Assembly: GCF_006345805.1 (NCBI RefSeq)
Contig: NC_043009.1
Coordinates: 23,312,001 to 23,376,000 of the forward strand
DNA: 64,000 nt
Source of the DNA: Octopus sinensis
Lineage: Eukaryota
Direction of reading: 5' to 3'
The notes below the pieces were generated by a model. It was not told the DNA's origin, made no database searches, and worked only from the letters and a program-made list of their open reading frames with translations. The position numbers and the translations under genes were made by a program. Shown here piece after piece: positions 1-15,277 of the stretch; within the stretch, counting starts at the first letter, position 1; every line of letters starts with the position of its first letter.

Positions 1-172
1 GGGCGTTCGGATTAGTCTGCTAAATTTATCAGGTGGTAAGCTCTGTGCCAGCTGAGTATTTGCTGTAGCCCCCTCCATTTCGGCTTCAAATTGCTGAAAG
101 ATAAATAGATTGAAAGTCTATTTTCATTGATATTCGTTTATTTGAGTAAGCAAGCGATTAAAACCAGAAACC

Positions 173-265
173 ATGGACATAGATTCAGATATCAGTGTAA
201 AACGCACTTATCGTCGTTATGAGGTGTACAGGGGTCAGTCTCCAACCAGTCAAAGCAGGACTGAG
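173..265 (+). CDS. Prm: Paramyosin exon 1 (MDIDSDISVKRTYRRYEVYRGQSPTSQSRTE)
   Basis: ATG in strong context aaaccATGG, 31 codons, perfect donor GAG|gtaagt at 266 (phase 0). VYRGxSP..Q.R.E resembles the paramyosin head motif and joins in frame to LRIRELED. Too short for the ORF track. Confidence 0.9.
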
Positions 266-479
266 GTAAGTTTTTTTTTTTTCCTACCTCGGAAATACTC
301 ATGGACGTTGCTATTAATGATTTTGTTGTCGTTGTTATGACATTTTAATTATTATTATTACTATTGCTACTTTACATTGCGACTATCATCACCGCTTATT
401 GATTTCTTTGATCACTTAATGATCCACTTCTAAAATTTTCGTGTGGTTTTCATTATTGTAAGGCTTTTGCCAGAATCAT

Positions 480-480
<1 letters not shown>

Positions 481-516
<36 letters not shown>

Positions 517-707
517 TACACACATACACACATACATACACACACATACATACACACACACTTGCGTACATATATACATACATACATGTGTATATAGACA
601 TACACACATACCTACATATTATATATATATAAGTATAAATATATATACATATGTAAATATATATATACATAATAATATATATATATATAATATATATATA
701 TATATAG

Positions 708-759
<52 letters not shown>

Positions 760-780
760 AATACATATATATATGTATAT
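481..780 (+). repeat. Compound (CA)n/(TA)n microsatellite, representative of dozens of (TA)n, (CA)n, (GA)n, (ATT)n and (ATGT)n tracts (e.g. 6841-6960, 29021-29159, 46758-46868, 50235-50480, 56715-56925)
   Basis: Direct reading; these tracts produce most of the [12 protein letters not shown] and IIII ORFs in the track. Confidence 0.97.
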
Positions 781-1645
781 AACTTATACATTGATGATAA
801 TATGAAAAGATTTTAAAGGACAAAAAAAATTAATGAAATGAAATCAAATTGAAGATTTTTCCACAATGGTTTTGAAAAAAAAGAAAATTATATGGAGAAT
901 TACACAAGTTTCGGATTCTTTGGATAAATGGATACACACATACGCTCTACTTCATCTTGACAGCAGACGATACAATTATAAATCTAACGAAACACTATGG
1001 AAAGAATATACACCCAGAAGATCATAAAACAAATAATATTTGGAAACTAATACCATCTTCTTTTGTTTTGGGCATCGTTCTAACAACACCTACTTTCAAA
1101 ATTACCAAAAATGGATTTCAATTTTTTTCCCCTCGAAAAAGTCCAAGATAGCTTTTGGGCTTCAAATTTCTTGATGTAAATGATAATGCACAAAACTGGA
1201 TGCTTTCTGATATCTGGTTTGATGTATTTTGTTTTAATCTCATCGGAGAGTCGATTTCAGTCTTTCAATCCCTCCTTCGGAGATGAATGAAATAAATAAA
1301 TAGAAATCTCGCAACCAAATATATTGGAATCGATTTATTTAATATTGCTCCATTATTACTATTATTATTTTTACTTGAAAGCGCTTTTTAGCAGACGCTC
1401 GACCCGCTAGAAATAGCACGTAAATTTCTGTCTCTAATCATAAATTGTGATTTTTAAAAATTTCTTAAGGACACACTCTTATGCGTATAAACATATACAA
1501 AATGGTCATTGTTAGAAAATCTTTGATCATATTGGCTGCTCAATCAGAGCTGAGCAGGAACAAAGCAAAAAGATGTACAAAAAGTGAAAAGTAGAGAGAG
1601 AAAAAAATGAAAGCGAGAGATAGAGAGATAGATAGATAGAGATAG

Positions 1646-1743
<98 letters not shown>

Positions 1744-1900
1744 TGAAAAAGTGGTGTCGAATCCCATAAATTCCATTATTGATTTAAAAAGTACAAATGT
1801 GCAAGCTAGCATTTCCGGCTTGAAATTTCCAAATTAGAGATAATCAGTAAACGAACAAAAACAATTTGATCCAGAAGCATCTATTTAATTCCTGCACATC

Positions 1901-1945
<45 letters not shown>

Positions 1946-2636
1946 AGAAAAATAAGAACGAAATGATTTAATGAAAGAAAAGTACTGAGACAAAAAAGAC
2001 GAAATACACTGTCTTAAAATTAGTTTGATTATGGAGTTTAATTAGTCAATCAAATTTGAAGAATATAATAAAATTTTATTGAATTGTTTTCTCCATATAT
2101 AATTTTATTTAACGATTTCTCGTAAAATCATTGAAAGCTTCAATTTGATTATTGGTTTTCTCAATATGCACCCATATAGCTACAAATACACTCATCTACA
2201 TACACGCACACGCGCGCACATACATCGACACGGCTTTGACACATATAACCACGCAACATGCAAAAGAACAAAAAAAAAAACACAATTAAAAAATAGAAAA
2301 TGAAAACTCTCACATGTATCATTTGTTTAATTGGTGTGTTAATTTTTTTGTTTTATTGTTGTTCTTCATTATTGTTTTGCACAACTTTAGAACACATTAG
2401 TGCTTTCCACGATAGCTTGGCTTTCGATTGACATTATCCACCGCACCAATGTACATACATACATACATACATACATACAAACATACATACATACATACAT
2501 ACAAACATACATCAAATGCACCAACATACCACACTGCACAGCATTATTGCACACTGCTGAACACTGAACTAAAATGCTGCCGCTAAAATCTCCGATAATA
2601 CTAGCATTACCTACTCACGCAATGTATAAAATTTTC

Positions 2637-2681
<45 letters not shown>

Positions 2682-3484
2682 TTCTAACAATTTTCTAACA
2701 TGGGAGGCGTAAAGCCTCAAATTTAGGGAAGTATCAACTACGGAAAGATTAAATGAAAAGTTGGCATCGCCGGCATTTGAACTCCGACCGTAAAGAGCTG
2801 GAACAAATTCAGTTACTCGACAATAATAATTGATATCATTAAATATCATTAAACAAATGGAAGAGAGGTGGATTGACAGAATCGTTAGAGCATCGGAGTA
2901 TTTGTTCGGTACTTAACATTCTGAGTTCAAAACCAGCTGCGATCGACTTTTTTTTTCATTCTTTCAGGCTCATTAAAACAAAGTAGCAGTCGAGTGCTAG
3001 GGTTAATTTCATTAGCAAGACTTCTCCCACGGCACCAAACATCTGTTCTTATGCCTGATTAAGAAAATATTATCAAAAAAAATATACAGATTTGCATTGA
3101 TATGAAAGTTGGAAGACAATCAGTCAAAAATAATCAACAAAGAATTATATTTAAGTTAGTCTTAACACACCTAATTAAAAATAATAACCATTAGGCCTCA
3201 TTATTTATTTAATACTTACTACGTTAAATATTATTACCCTGAGTAATAATATCTCGCGTGGGTCAGTTATTACCGCAATAGATGAGAAGAAAGACATGAA
3301 CAACACAGTATCGAGCAATCATTTAGAGACTCCTGCGTTGGTTCTGTAGCGTTCTTCTTGTTCCCAATGAAGAGACATCGTAGTAACTGATACAGCTGAT
3401 TGATAGGAGTAACAGAAACAAGGTGTTAGCGTAATGTTACCATAAAGACATAGCTATATTCTTTAGTGCATTTTAATTGTTACA

Positions 3485-3545
<61 letters not shown>

Positions 3546-3753
3546 AACCAGAACCGGAGCTAAGGTAATAATTCTGGCTGCAAAATCAGGCCCTAGGCCG
3601 TTATAATTTATGATATCTACGATACCGAATTAGCTCTGGTTCCAGTTGGCTAAATAAATTATACATTATACTCATGGTTGCTAAGTATTCTTTCTTTTAT
3701 TCGTTGACTCTAATTATACATATACATATACATAGATAAACATAATACATACA

Positions 3754-3792
<39 letters not shown>

Positions 3793-3796
3793 TATA

Positions 3797-3835
<39 letters not shown>

Positions 3836-4368
3836 TTGTAACCGTTCACGAGCGAAACTGAAAGTACTCAATATGCTGCGTAGTACTGAATACATTATTT
3901 ATTATTATGGAGTAGCTAAATTTCCATACTTCTCCATGACTTTGCAAGTTTCTTCTACATGAAGAAGAATGTATGGTGTATGGAATTTAAAATCAAAGGA
4001 AAATAAGTAATATTTATCTTATTATTTACAATACAAGCATTGACACACAAACACACACACACACACAGACACACACATACATAAACACACGTATATATCT
4101 GCGCGGGTGAAATAGGTGAGACCAATGGGTTGTATTAAGTGCAAATAGAAATATTAATGACGGAAGAGTAGGACCGTTTAAAACTTGGAGACAATCTGCG
4201 GCAGCAGCAACACCAGTCAATGTATTTGCATACATGTATATACACACACCATTGAACTCATATCGCCCAATCGCATTCCAAATGTGATTATGTTTGTGTG
4301 TGTATGTATGTATGCATATGTATGTGTGTGTGTATATATATATATCTTTATATATATATAAATATACA

Positions 4369-4407
<39 letters not shown>

Positions 4408-5375
4408 CATATATATATAATATATATATTAATATACATATATACATCTATATATATAAATGTGCATATATACACACATATATATACATGTATAAATAAG
4501 AATTTACATACAGACATATACAGATACACAGATATATATATATATATATAAATATATATATATATACACACATACCTACACATTGACACAGACAGAAGTG
4601 TACATAGAATCACACACATCCATATATAGTAAGCACATATGCATGCACAAACACTCAACCACACGCATACCTACACCCACACTCATACATACACATGCAC
4701 GTACACGCATAGTCACCCACCTCTTTACACCTACCCAATATCTCACTGCACCTCACTGCATCATTGTTGCCCATTCTTTCCATTCCTACTTTAAGTCGCT
4801 TCACATTGCATCGACAGTTCCTAGGGCTGCTTGAAAATTAATAATAATAGAGAAATAAATATACACACTAATGCTTCTTCCTTACTTTCATTCTCTTTTT
4901 CTTCTTTTTTTTTTGCACACGACCCAAATTCCATCATATTAAAATATCTTTGTACATTTTATATCTGAACTGACCGGCGCCATTAATCTTGCTGAAAAGT
5001 TAGTAAAAACACTAGCTTCTATAACGGCAGCAGTACCAGTTTTTTAAGCACCATCCAGCAACCATTTGTTTCTCTGGGCTACACTGTTTATCTATATTTA
5101 TTTATTTATCTTTTTATATATTTATATATTTATTTTCAACAATCGGGCAGTGTTCATTCGTGACTACCTTTATGACTATTTAGTTTTTTTTTCTTTGACG
5201 TAATGGTGGTGGTGGTGGTGGGAGGTGATGAACAGTAGTAGTAGTAGTAGTAGTAGTAGTATAGCAATAATGCAGTTGAAGTACTTGGGATAGTCTTAGT
5301 CTTATTTGGGCTGCGGAGGTGGTTGTCGTTGTTGGCGTTGGTGGAGTTAATGCATTACGTGATTCAATAATATCT

Positions 5376-5700
5376 GCGAGAGAGAGAGAGAGAGAGAGAT
5401 AGAAAGATGGAGAGAGAGAGGCATAGAGAGATGGAGAGAGAGAGAGAGAGAGAGAAAGTGTGTGTGTTTGTGTGAGAAATAGCTAGATAGACGGAGAGAG
5501 AGACAGAGAGAGAGAAAGAGAAAGTGTGTGTGTGTGAGAAATAGATAGATAGACGGAGAGAGAGAGAGAGAAAGAGAAAGTGTGTGTGTGTGAGAAATAG
5601 ATAGATAGATGGCGAGAGAGAGAGAGAGAGAAGCAAACAGAGACAGACAGACAGAGAAAGAAAGAGAAAGAAAGAGAAAGAAAGGGAATGTGTGTGTGCG
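5376..5700 (+). repeat. Compound (GA)/(GT)/(GATA) microsatellite with an about 60-bp higher-order unit, three copies
   Basis: agagaaagtgtgtgtg..gagaaatag.tagatag recurs at about 5451, 5517 and 5573. Confidence 0.85.
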
Positions 5701-6901
5701 TGTCGAAATATGGGTGCGATCAAACTCCTGTCCAACCGGGATTAAATTTGTGCCTCCAGGGGGTCAATGCAAGTGCGATAGACAAACAGTAGAGATCGAT
5801 CAAATTCACTATTAACCTACCCGTACCCGATTCAAAGACCTATAACATCCGACTCAGGCAAATATTAGATTCAGCAGATTTGCTTCACTAATTGAAATTA
5901 AATGATGATATTAATGACGACAATGATGATGATGAGGAAGAGGAAGAGGAGGAGGATGTTGATAATGTTAATAAGGAGGAGAAGGATTTAGTACACTGGT
6001 TCACGTTCACACTTTCGTTTCTGTAACAGAAGTGTATTCGACTGACTCGTCGTTCCACCCCGCAGTATATTACTGGTACATAATTTATGCATTTTCGATG
6101 TTCTTAATTTCATCAAAATTTCGTAAAAAAATCTAAAACATGATGAGGTAATTGACTTTCCTATGTATGTGTGTGTGTATGTGCGTGTGTGTGTCTGTGT
6201 GTATGTGCGTGTGTGTGTCTGTGTGTATGTGCGTGTGTGTGTGTGTAATAGTTACCGCTGGTTTGTGAATGAGGAAGAAAGTATTTAAGATACGGTAGAG
6301 AATATATGGTATATAAAAATGGATTGAATATTTCACGCTCCAGCGATCATCAGGTTACACACACACACACATACACACACACGTACGTATGTATGTATGT
6401 ATGTATGTATGTATGTATGTATGTATGTATGTATGTATGTATGTATGTATGTATGTATACAATTACACACATAATAATGAAAATATTTTTTAATTATCAA
6501 ACACACGAGAAAGGTAAGATGACAAATATTCTCAATTTCAGGTGATATTCCTAATTAGGATGTCGCTATGCTATCACCGATCTCTTTCACTTGTAACATG
6601 ATAGATTAAAACATGAACGAAAGTAGTAAATTGCTAAAAGTGTTCATGAACGTAGACTAGCAGAATATAGTTAAGCTTCTCTTTTCTGATTCTTTACACT
6701 TTGAGTTCGAATCCCGCCGAAGTCAGCCATTATAATTTTTATTTTACTCCTTCTTGAGTTCATTATTTCACTAGTTACGTATTAGGATTGACTTGATCGA
6801 CTAAACGCCACCCACTACGAAATGTAGGTTTTTGTGACTATATTATTATTATTATTATTATTATTTTATTATTATTATATATTATTATATTATTATTATT
6901 A

Positions 6902-6959
<58 letters not shown>

Positions 6960-7103
6960 TCGTCCGTCTTTACGTTCTGAGTCGACGGGGTCGACTTTGC
7001 CCTTTCAGGATCGATAAATAAAGTACCAATGAAATACTAGGACCGATGTAATCGAATAATCCCCTCCCCCAAAATATCAGGCCTTGTGCCTTTAGTAGAA
7101 AGG

Positions 7104-7166
<63 letters not shown>

Positions 7167-7348
7167 TGTTGTTGCAACTCAGTTTAAGACAGATATCTCC
7201 AAGCTTATCTTCAAGCTTGAGATTTGGTAAGATAGATAGATAGATAGATAGATTGACAGACATATAGACAGATGGAGAGGGAGGGAGAGAGAGAGAGAGA
7301 GAGTTTAATAAGAAAACTAAACTCTTCAGAGACTAGTGGTGACTGTAC

Positions 7349-7427
<79 letters not shown>

Positions 7428-7753
7428 CATCTATCCATCTATCTATCTATTTATATTTATAAATGGTCACTTTGAGAAATTATCGAGAGAGATTGAGTGA
7501 GAATGATTAATTATAATGGAAACATTCTAGCATAGATGGAGACAGGTTAAAACTGACTGTATTCGTGCTTGGATTTGTGGATATACATAGCAACAGACAG
7601 ACTTAGAGGTAGAAAAGGAAAAAAGAATATACATAGATTTGGAGATAGGTAGGTAGACAGCTGATGACCTCACAGACATAAATAAACAAAAAGATTCATT
7701 GATTCCAGCAAACCTAAAAGATGGTGCATTTCTATACATACATACATACATAC

Positions 7754-7797
<44 letters not shown>

Positions 7798-8181
7798 TTA
7801 TAATCTTTTAGCTATTTTCTGTATGGCTTTTGAATCAATGAATGTGTTTGTATCTTTATATCTATCCAGTCTGTTTATCTATAAATGCATGTACAAACTC
7901 ACAGGTATATATAAATATATATATATATACACACATCAAGATGAAGAGAGAGTGAGAAAGGAGAAAGTAAAAGAGAGATGACACTATTAGTAGTAGTAGT
8001 AGTAGTAGTAGTAGCAGCAGCAGCTGTTGTTTTAGTGTTATTAATGAAAGAGAGGATAGAGGGCTGTTATTATGGAAGAATTTGGAAAGATAACATTAAT
8101 ACGGACGAATGAAGAACATACGAAATAGAGGGAGAGAAAGAGAGACAGAAATAGAGAAAGAGCAAGTAGAGAAAGAGAATG

Positions 8182-8227
<46 letters not shown>

Positions 8228-9198
8228 AAGGGGAGGTTAGGATAAGAGGAAGGGAATGAGGTAAAGGGACGATGGAAGAATCTCAGATGATCAGGTCAGC
8301 TGAGTGATGAAGAAATCTTAACTATTTGTTTGGGTGTTGCGTGTGCGTGAGCGTGTGCATATGTGTGTGTGTGTGTGTGTGTGCCTGTCTGTCTGTGTGT
8401 CTATATATGCAAATGATAAGGGAAAGAAAATCAAACGAATCGAACCACACATTTTGCAATTCGTAATCTTCTAGTTCCCCATTTCGTTTTTTTTCTTTTT
8501 TCTTTCTCATGCACTCAACCCCCTTCACTCAAACATTCTCATACTTACACTCATACCTACACTCCTCATACACTCACATGCGCGCCCGCGCGCATTCTCA
8601 CATCCATTCTCAAGCTACTTCTCCACCTCAGTTAGTTTCTCTTCTGTTTACCTTACATTTCCGGAAGGTGATATTAGTAAAATGCAAAAAGCTAAAACAG
8701 CCACGGCGGGGGAGCGGGGGGGGGGGGGGTGAACAAAAACACGGAAAATTAAATATACAGGGCAACTTCTTAAATAAATAAATAAATGTATAAATAAATA
8801 AATAAAATAAAATGAAAAAGAAGAGCAAACAACAAAAAATGAAAAAAGAACTCGTTTCTAACACTCAGCAAAACTCAATTTTACAGCACGATCGTACTAT
8901 TTTATTTCGCACAGTGTGTGTATGAGTGTGTATTTTAATGTCTTGTCCCCCCCCCCCCCACCACCACCACATCCTACACTAAAAGCCTTCTTTCACTTAT
9001 CTCGACAATCCCCTCCCTGGCATTTTCTGAAACTCCACCATCGCCAACTCCCGCCCCAAGACATCCTTGCGTACTGTTGCTTAACTTTCTTTGCTAAAAA
9101 TAAAACTTTATACACAGTCCGTGCACTATGCACCCACATATACATTATATATGTTTGTATGTGTGTGTGTCAGTGTATATACATACATACATATATAC

Positions 9199-9254
<56 letters not shown>

Positions 9255-9369
9255 GTATATACATATATACATATATATATGTGTGAGTGTCAGTATATAT
9301 GTATATATAATATATATATATACACATAAATATTTATATACATATATATATACATACATACATATATAT

Positions 9370-9425
<56 letters not shown>

Positions 9426-9908
9426 TCGTGTGTGTGTGTAAAATAGATGCTTACACGTATGTAATCACGAGTCGTAGACACAAAAATAGAGATAGATACA
9501 TAAACACTCACACATCCATACACACAACTATACTCATAACCGCAAGCACACAGACGAAAAGAATTCCTGTAGCTACTGTCATCTTTACTAAAAGCAAAGT
9601 AGTTAGCAGTCTAAGACTTCAGGATACGCTATCGAATCCATGCCATATAAGGCCAGGTGTAACCAAATAACTAACTTCTACCAAGGATCGTACCATTTTT
9701 GAGTTCGGTGTTATATATATATATAGTTTCAGCTACTTGATTTTCCTCAAAAATGTGTCTGTGAGAGATTTACGAAATAAATTTTTTAAAATATATAACT
9801 TCTTCCGAATTGAAAGCAAAAGATACATCGGCATTTATTTGTTATTGTTTACACGACTGCTATTATTATTATTATTATTATTATTATTACTACGACTACT
9901 ACTACTAC

Positions 9909-9959
<51 letters not shown>

Positions 9960-9985
9960 CATCATCATTATTATTATTATTATTA

Positions 9986-10034
<49 letters not shown>

Positions 10035-10317
10035 TATTCAACTTCTTTCGCTTTTCGTAAACTGAATATTATTTGTATTTGCATTAGAATTAAGGATGGG
10101 GGTGAAGGATATGAGTTCATTTGGTAAAAAAAAAAATAATAAAAAAAAACAAAGGCAGGCAAAATAATTATGTTGTACTCCTCTGGTGTACATTAATGTG
10201 TATTCGATCCTTGTTGAGGTCGATGAAAAGAAAAATGAATCAGTAATTTACAGGTGCCGAATCAATCGACCATACCGTTTATCCTGCCACATAAATTGGG
10301 AGTTGACTAGTGGAAAA

Positions 10318-10348
<31 letters not shown>

Positions 10349-11078
10349 GCTGAACACAACTCAGGTTTCCTATACGACAAATATCCTTGGCCTTTATCTT
10401 GTTCGCTTAACGATTTTATCCTGTCAGCCAGGGCTCATAAGTAGAGGGTTCAACTGGTACATCTATCGGATCCCGGAGTGCTAAGTAGAGGGGTTTAAGG
10501 CTGTGATTATATGACGAATCTCTCCCCACAAAAGCCCCACCAAAACTTCATACCTTGCTGTATTTCGAGAGAGGTTTCCTCCCCGGACCCTAAAACAGTT
10601 CTTTTTTTCACTTCGCAAAATTTGTCAGTGATCCTGCTCTCACTCTCATAGATATTATTCCCTGAATTTACGCAAAAAATTATTGTGTAATTTATTTAAC
10701 CCCAGGCCAGCTTAGATCCAATTGACCTATGATATAAGGCTCTTCAGCCGCAGCACTGTCTAATGTTTGTTTCCTTACGCTTGCTTTTTAAGCTCGTAGG
10801 GTGTGATTTAGGGGAATGCTACTATCGCTGCTGTTAATGCAAAAAGTTCTTAGTGCAGCAATTCTTAGCGACCTGCTTTCGATTCTCAGCAAAAACTATT
10901 TTCACCTCACATTCTTAAAATGTTATTACCTTTGAGGGTAGGCATGAACATCACAACTCATTCTAAAAATAAAAGGCCTGTATTTGTCTCACCTATCCTT
11001 TTAACTCCTACTTCTATAACTCATAAATGATATTGCATATATATATATATATATAGTATATTTGGTACTTAAATGTGG

Positions 11079-11125
<47 letters not shown>

Positions 11126-11379
11126 TGCATGTATGTATGCATGTATGTATAGATATGTGTTGCTGTTGCTACTGCTGACAGCAGGCAGGTGGCACTTTTG
11201 ATGGTCGTGTGCCGGTTTTGGTTAAGTGGAAGATGCTAGTGGCCTCCCATTCTTCTTCTTCCTCAACATCAACCCTTCCTTCATTGTCACCGCCTCCGCC
11301 ACCTTCTCGTCCACGCTTTTCTCTAGTTCTTTCCTCACCCCTCATTCCTGCTCTTTCTTCTCTCTCTCTCTCTCTTTCT

Positions 11380-11420
<41 letters not shown>

Positions 11421-13772
11421 CATTCGAGTATCTCTTACGCAATCTGGAAGGATTTAAAAGCATCTCTCACCGACAAAAGCAGTTATGGAATTTCTTAGAT
11501 GATGCCGAGGTCGGTTGATGCTCTTCACGTCGATTCCACTATTACAGTTTGCTTCCTTGAATTCCTTAAATAAACAATCGGTCAGAGTGAGAGAAAGAGA
11601 TACAAAGAGATAGGCAGACAGAGAACCAGAAGGGGTAGAAGGAAGAAGTGGATAGAAAGAGGAGGAGAGACGAAGAGGGAGGTATGTGAGAAGTGATCTG
11701 TGTTACAGCTACTATTATCACCTGAGTGTATATTTTGGCAAAAGACCACTTTACTGAGACTGAGGGAAGAGGTGGGGTACTTAGTTAGTAAGTTAGTTAG
11801 TTAGCAAGCAAGCAACTCAGGTAGAAGGATGTGGGTGTGTGAAAGAATGATATGGAAATGAAAGCGAAAGAGTGAAAGAGGAATGTCAGAGAGGTGGAAG
11901 GAGAGAGGGAGAGAGACTAAGAGAGAAGGAACCAGCTGAAATTGCCTTTCATGGTTAGAGCAACCTGATTAAATATAACAAGAGATCTACTGAATTTCAA
12001 CTTCCTAGAACACAAGAAGCAACTTTGAACGCGTTTTACCCAAATATGAAGCGATTCTCAGAATTGCTATTTCATTCAAGAAACAACCTTTTTTCAGATC
12101 TATATTAGTTTCTTGACGTTTTGACTCAACCTATTCCGAAGATTTATTTTCGTAACTTTCATTTATTATTTCTTCCTTTTCTAGCGACATTAATTGCTTA
12201 ACTTAAGTGAAATGAAGTGAAATAGTTATAACCAGGAACTAAAAATGAATCAGACAAAATTCCTCAAGATATTGGTTCTTGACATTTTTTTTTTACCTCA
12301 TCTATATTGCAAAGGAAAAGAAAAAGAAAATCTAAAATTTATATACCATGATTTCTAAAATCTATGTTCTGAATTCTTATAATAATTCTACGCGATAATA
12401 ATAATATATAGGCTCATATATAAAAAGAAACGAAACACAAATTATTTTGCTTTCTGAAAAAAAAACCTCAACGCAAAAACATCTGTTATAATTTATTGTC
12501 ATATTTATCAATAAAATCAATTGTGTTTATACCTATGTATTATTTATAGTGTTAGCTGCTTTACAGAATCGATTTGAAATTGATCGTTTTTTAGAAACAT
12601 TTTATAGGTTTCTAATGTTGGTATTCAAGAATGAAATTATCATTGATTTCATCTTTTGAATTTCATCTTTTAAATAAGTTATCATAGGTATTTTATCGAT
12701 TCTTACTTAATTTTAAAGAAGATCTGTGAAAATCTCTTTATAACAAAATGATAAGTTGAAAATAAAGCCGTCCATTCTATTCTATTTACTTATGTCAAAC
12801 TAAGCAGATTTTATAAGAGATACGTTTTGTCTTGTTTGTTTGTTTTTTTTGCTACAAATGACTGACGATTCTTATCGATCTCATCTAAAGTCGAAACAAA
12901 TAAATTCAGGTAAAAGCATATACATTATTCAGAAATGAAGTATCAACAGATTTCCTGTATTGCGTTCACTAGGATCAGTTGAGACTTGAAAAGTTATCTT
13001 AACAATTATATATTACTGTAGATGGCTACTGTGGTAAGAGGAGACACTTCATAACATTGATAAACAAACAGGAAGATAGGGCCATGATAGTCTATCTCTT
13101 CCAATTGGTAGTGATCACAGCTCACTACCAATAAGGGGTTAGCATTTATCAGCTTTTCGGTTCATGTATAGACGCCGATATTAAATGGGACTGAGAACAT
13201 ATTTCAATACAAACAAAAGTACGGTTATGAGTTGAGATAAAAATACCTGTAATATACTCAGGAATAGACACGTGATCGTTTTGGTTAGAAATAATCGTGT
13301 CATGCTTGACTATGTATGCCAAGTTATTTAAAAGATATTTCTTTAGCTCAGCTTGTATTACTAGTTACAAAACTTATGGCAGCGATTCCTATGCACGCAT
13401 TGAACCGAAGCCATAAATGGTTTTGAATCTCACTTGAAACCGTTTAATTCCATTTACATCACTAAAATCTATGAAAGTGCGTGAATGTAAAACAAAATGT
13501 CACTTTTTCTCATTCTATAAACAGAAAGTTCATTTATGTATGCGTCTCTATGCACACACACACACACGTTATACTATTTGATGCGAATGACATGTGAGAT
13601 AAACTCTTTTTAAACTAGATGGTAGATGCATGCCAATATCATCTAATATTCGTTTGCTAATACACACCACAAGATAAGGTAATTAGAAGTGACATCTGTG
13701 ATCGTATCTATGTGTGTCGACATTGTATTTTATCAATTCCGTAATCTCAAGAAGAAAAAGGCATTAGGAGTA

Positions 13773-13828
<56 letters not shown>

Positions 13829-15192
13829 TTAACTAACATCTTGAAAATAACTGGACCGAGACTGGTTTCCTTTTATAGACTCAATTCCGCATCTTCTATT
13901 TCATTTCAAACTTACTGACTACAAGATTACAGAATGAATACTGTAGACGTACTAACTGCTACACTGTGGTATCAATTGTTGACATGGAAGGCCTAATCTA
14001 ATAGCATTTATGTAGGAAGTCTCCTGTGATCTCTCGGGTTGTGTTGGAACGTCAAGGCTAAAGACGGTATCGGTTTTAGGTGGTTTTTTTTTTTAGATAA
14101 CTCAGCTTGGTATCCTTCTCTCACATAGAGCGTGTTCATACAAATTCTTTCCACTCAGTGCTAAGAGTTAACAAAGACCCAAACTGTAGCCGTCAGGAGG
14201 GACGGCAAAGCCTAATAACCTAGTACAGAGCCTTAACTAAATTAGTAAGAGAAAAAGAGGTAAGTATCCGGAAACCGAGTCTGAATACATACAAGGGAGT
14301 GAACTCCGCAAAAGACACCTCAGGTGCCAGATGATGGTGTTTATCACCCGAGTAGACTATGGTGGGATTTGAACTCAGAATGTAAAGAGCCGGAACAAAT
14401 ACCATAAAGTATTTAATCTGATGTTCTTACAGTTCTGCTAGTTTATCACCTTAGATCGATACTTTCTTTAATTGATCCCAAGAGAATGAGAATCAACATT
14501 GATCTCAGCGGGATTTGAAAGTAAGCTGTACTTGAATTAATGTTAATAAAGATATTTACACAGAAACAAAACTCTGTTTAGATGTACAGAGACAGAAGAA
14601 TACGACAGAATCAGAGCTGTTCTCTTCTCAAAGACATGAAAAGTCGTAAATGAAATAAGACATAAAATGGCTGCAATCGGAAGTGAAACTAGACAGCAGG
14701 CTCATTTCACCGGAAGTTTTATCTCTTACCTAATGGCGATGTCTACAATGATGGAAGCGATACATTATATATTGATTGTTTCTGTGGTCTCCAGGTTACA
14801 GATATGTTTGTAGAGGAAGAGGAAGAACGGGGGATATTGTATATTCATCTATTTTCTAAAAGCATTAGCAGTGTTAGAAAATGAATTGGCTAAAAAGAAA
14901 AAAAAAAGAAAGGAAAATCCCCTCAAAACAAACAAAAACAAGTGTCAGTCGTGAACCATTAGCATATTAGATATCCATAGATTAAATTGGGAATGTATAA
15001 AAGATTAGATTGATGTGATGAGGGAAGGAATGCAACATTAATCATTTGCTACAAGTCTAATTTCTTCAAATGATGTGTTGATAAAATGTTTTTATATTGT
15101 GAAAATTATTCGATTATTTTTATACATTGAGATCTAAATTTATTAGATTTAGAGGAAGTAAGTAGAAAAGTTAGGGCCTCATTTGGTTATAT

Positions 15193-15277
<85 letters not shown>

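Noticed and set aside
8576-8960. GC hairpin, G-run (G4-like) and C-run
   Set aside because: Homopolymer and alternating runs are ubiquitous in this window, with no independent support for function.
13340-13440. tRNA-like A-box (TAGCTCAG) and B-box-like motif
   Set aside because: No cloverleaf can be formed. All other tRNA-like heads in the window belong to SINEs, so no true tRNA gene is called.
14221-14266. Perfect donor GAG|gtaagt in intron 1 as an alternative first exon
   Set aside because: The upstream phase-0 frame (YRALTKLVREKE) is closed by TAG at 14221, has no ATG and shows no paramyosin-head similarity.
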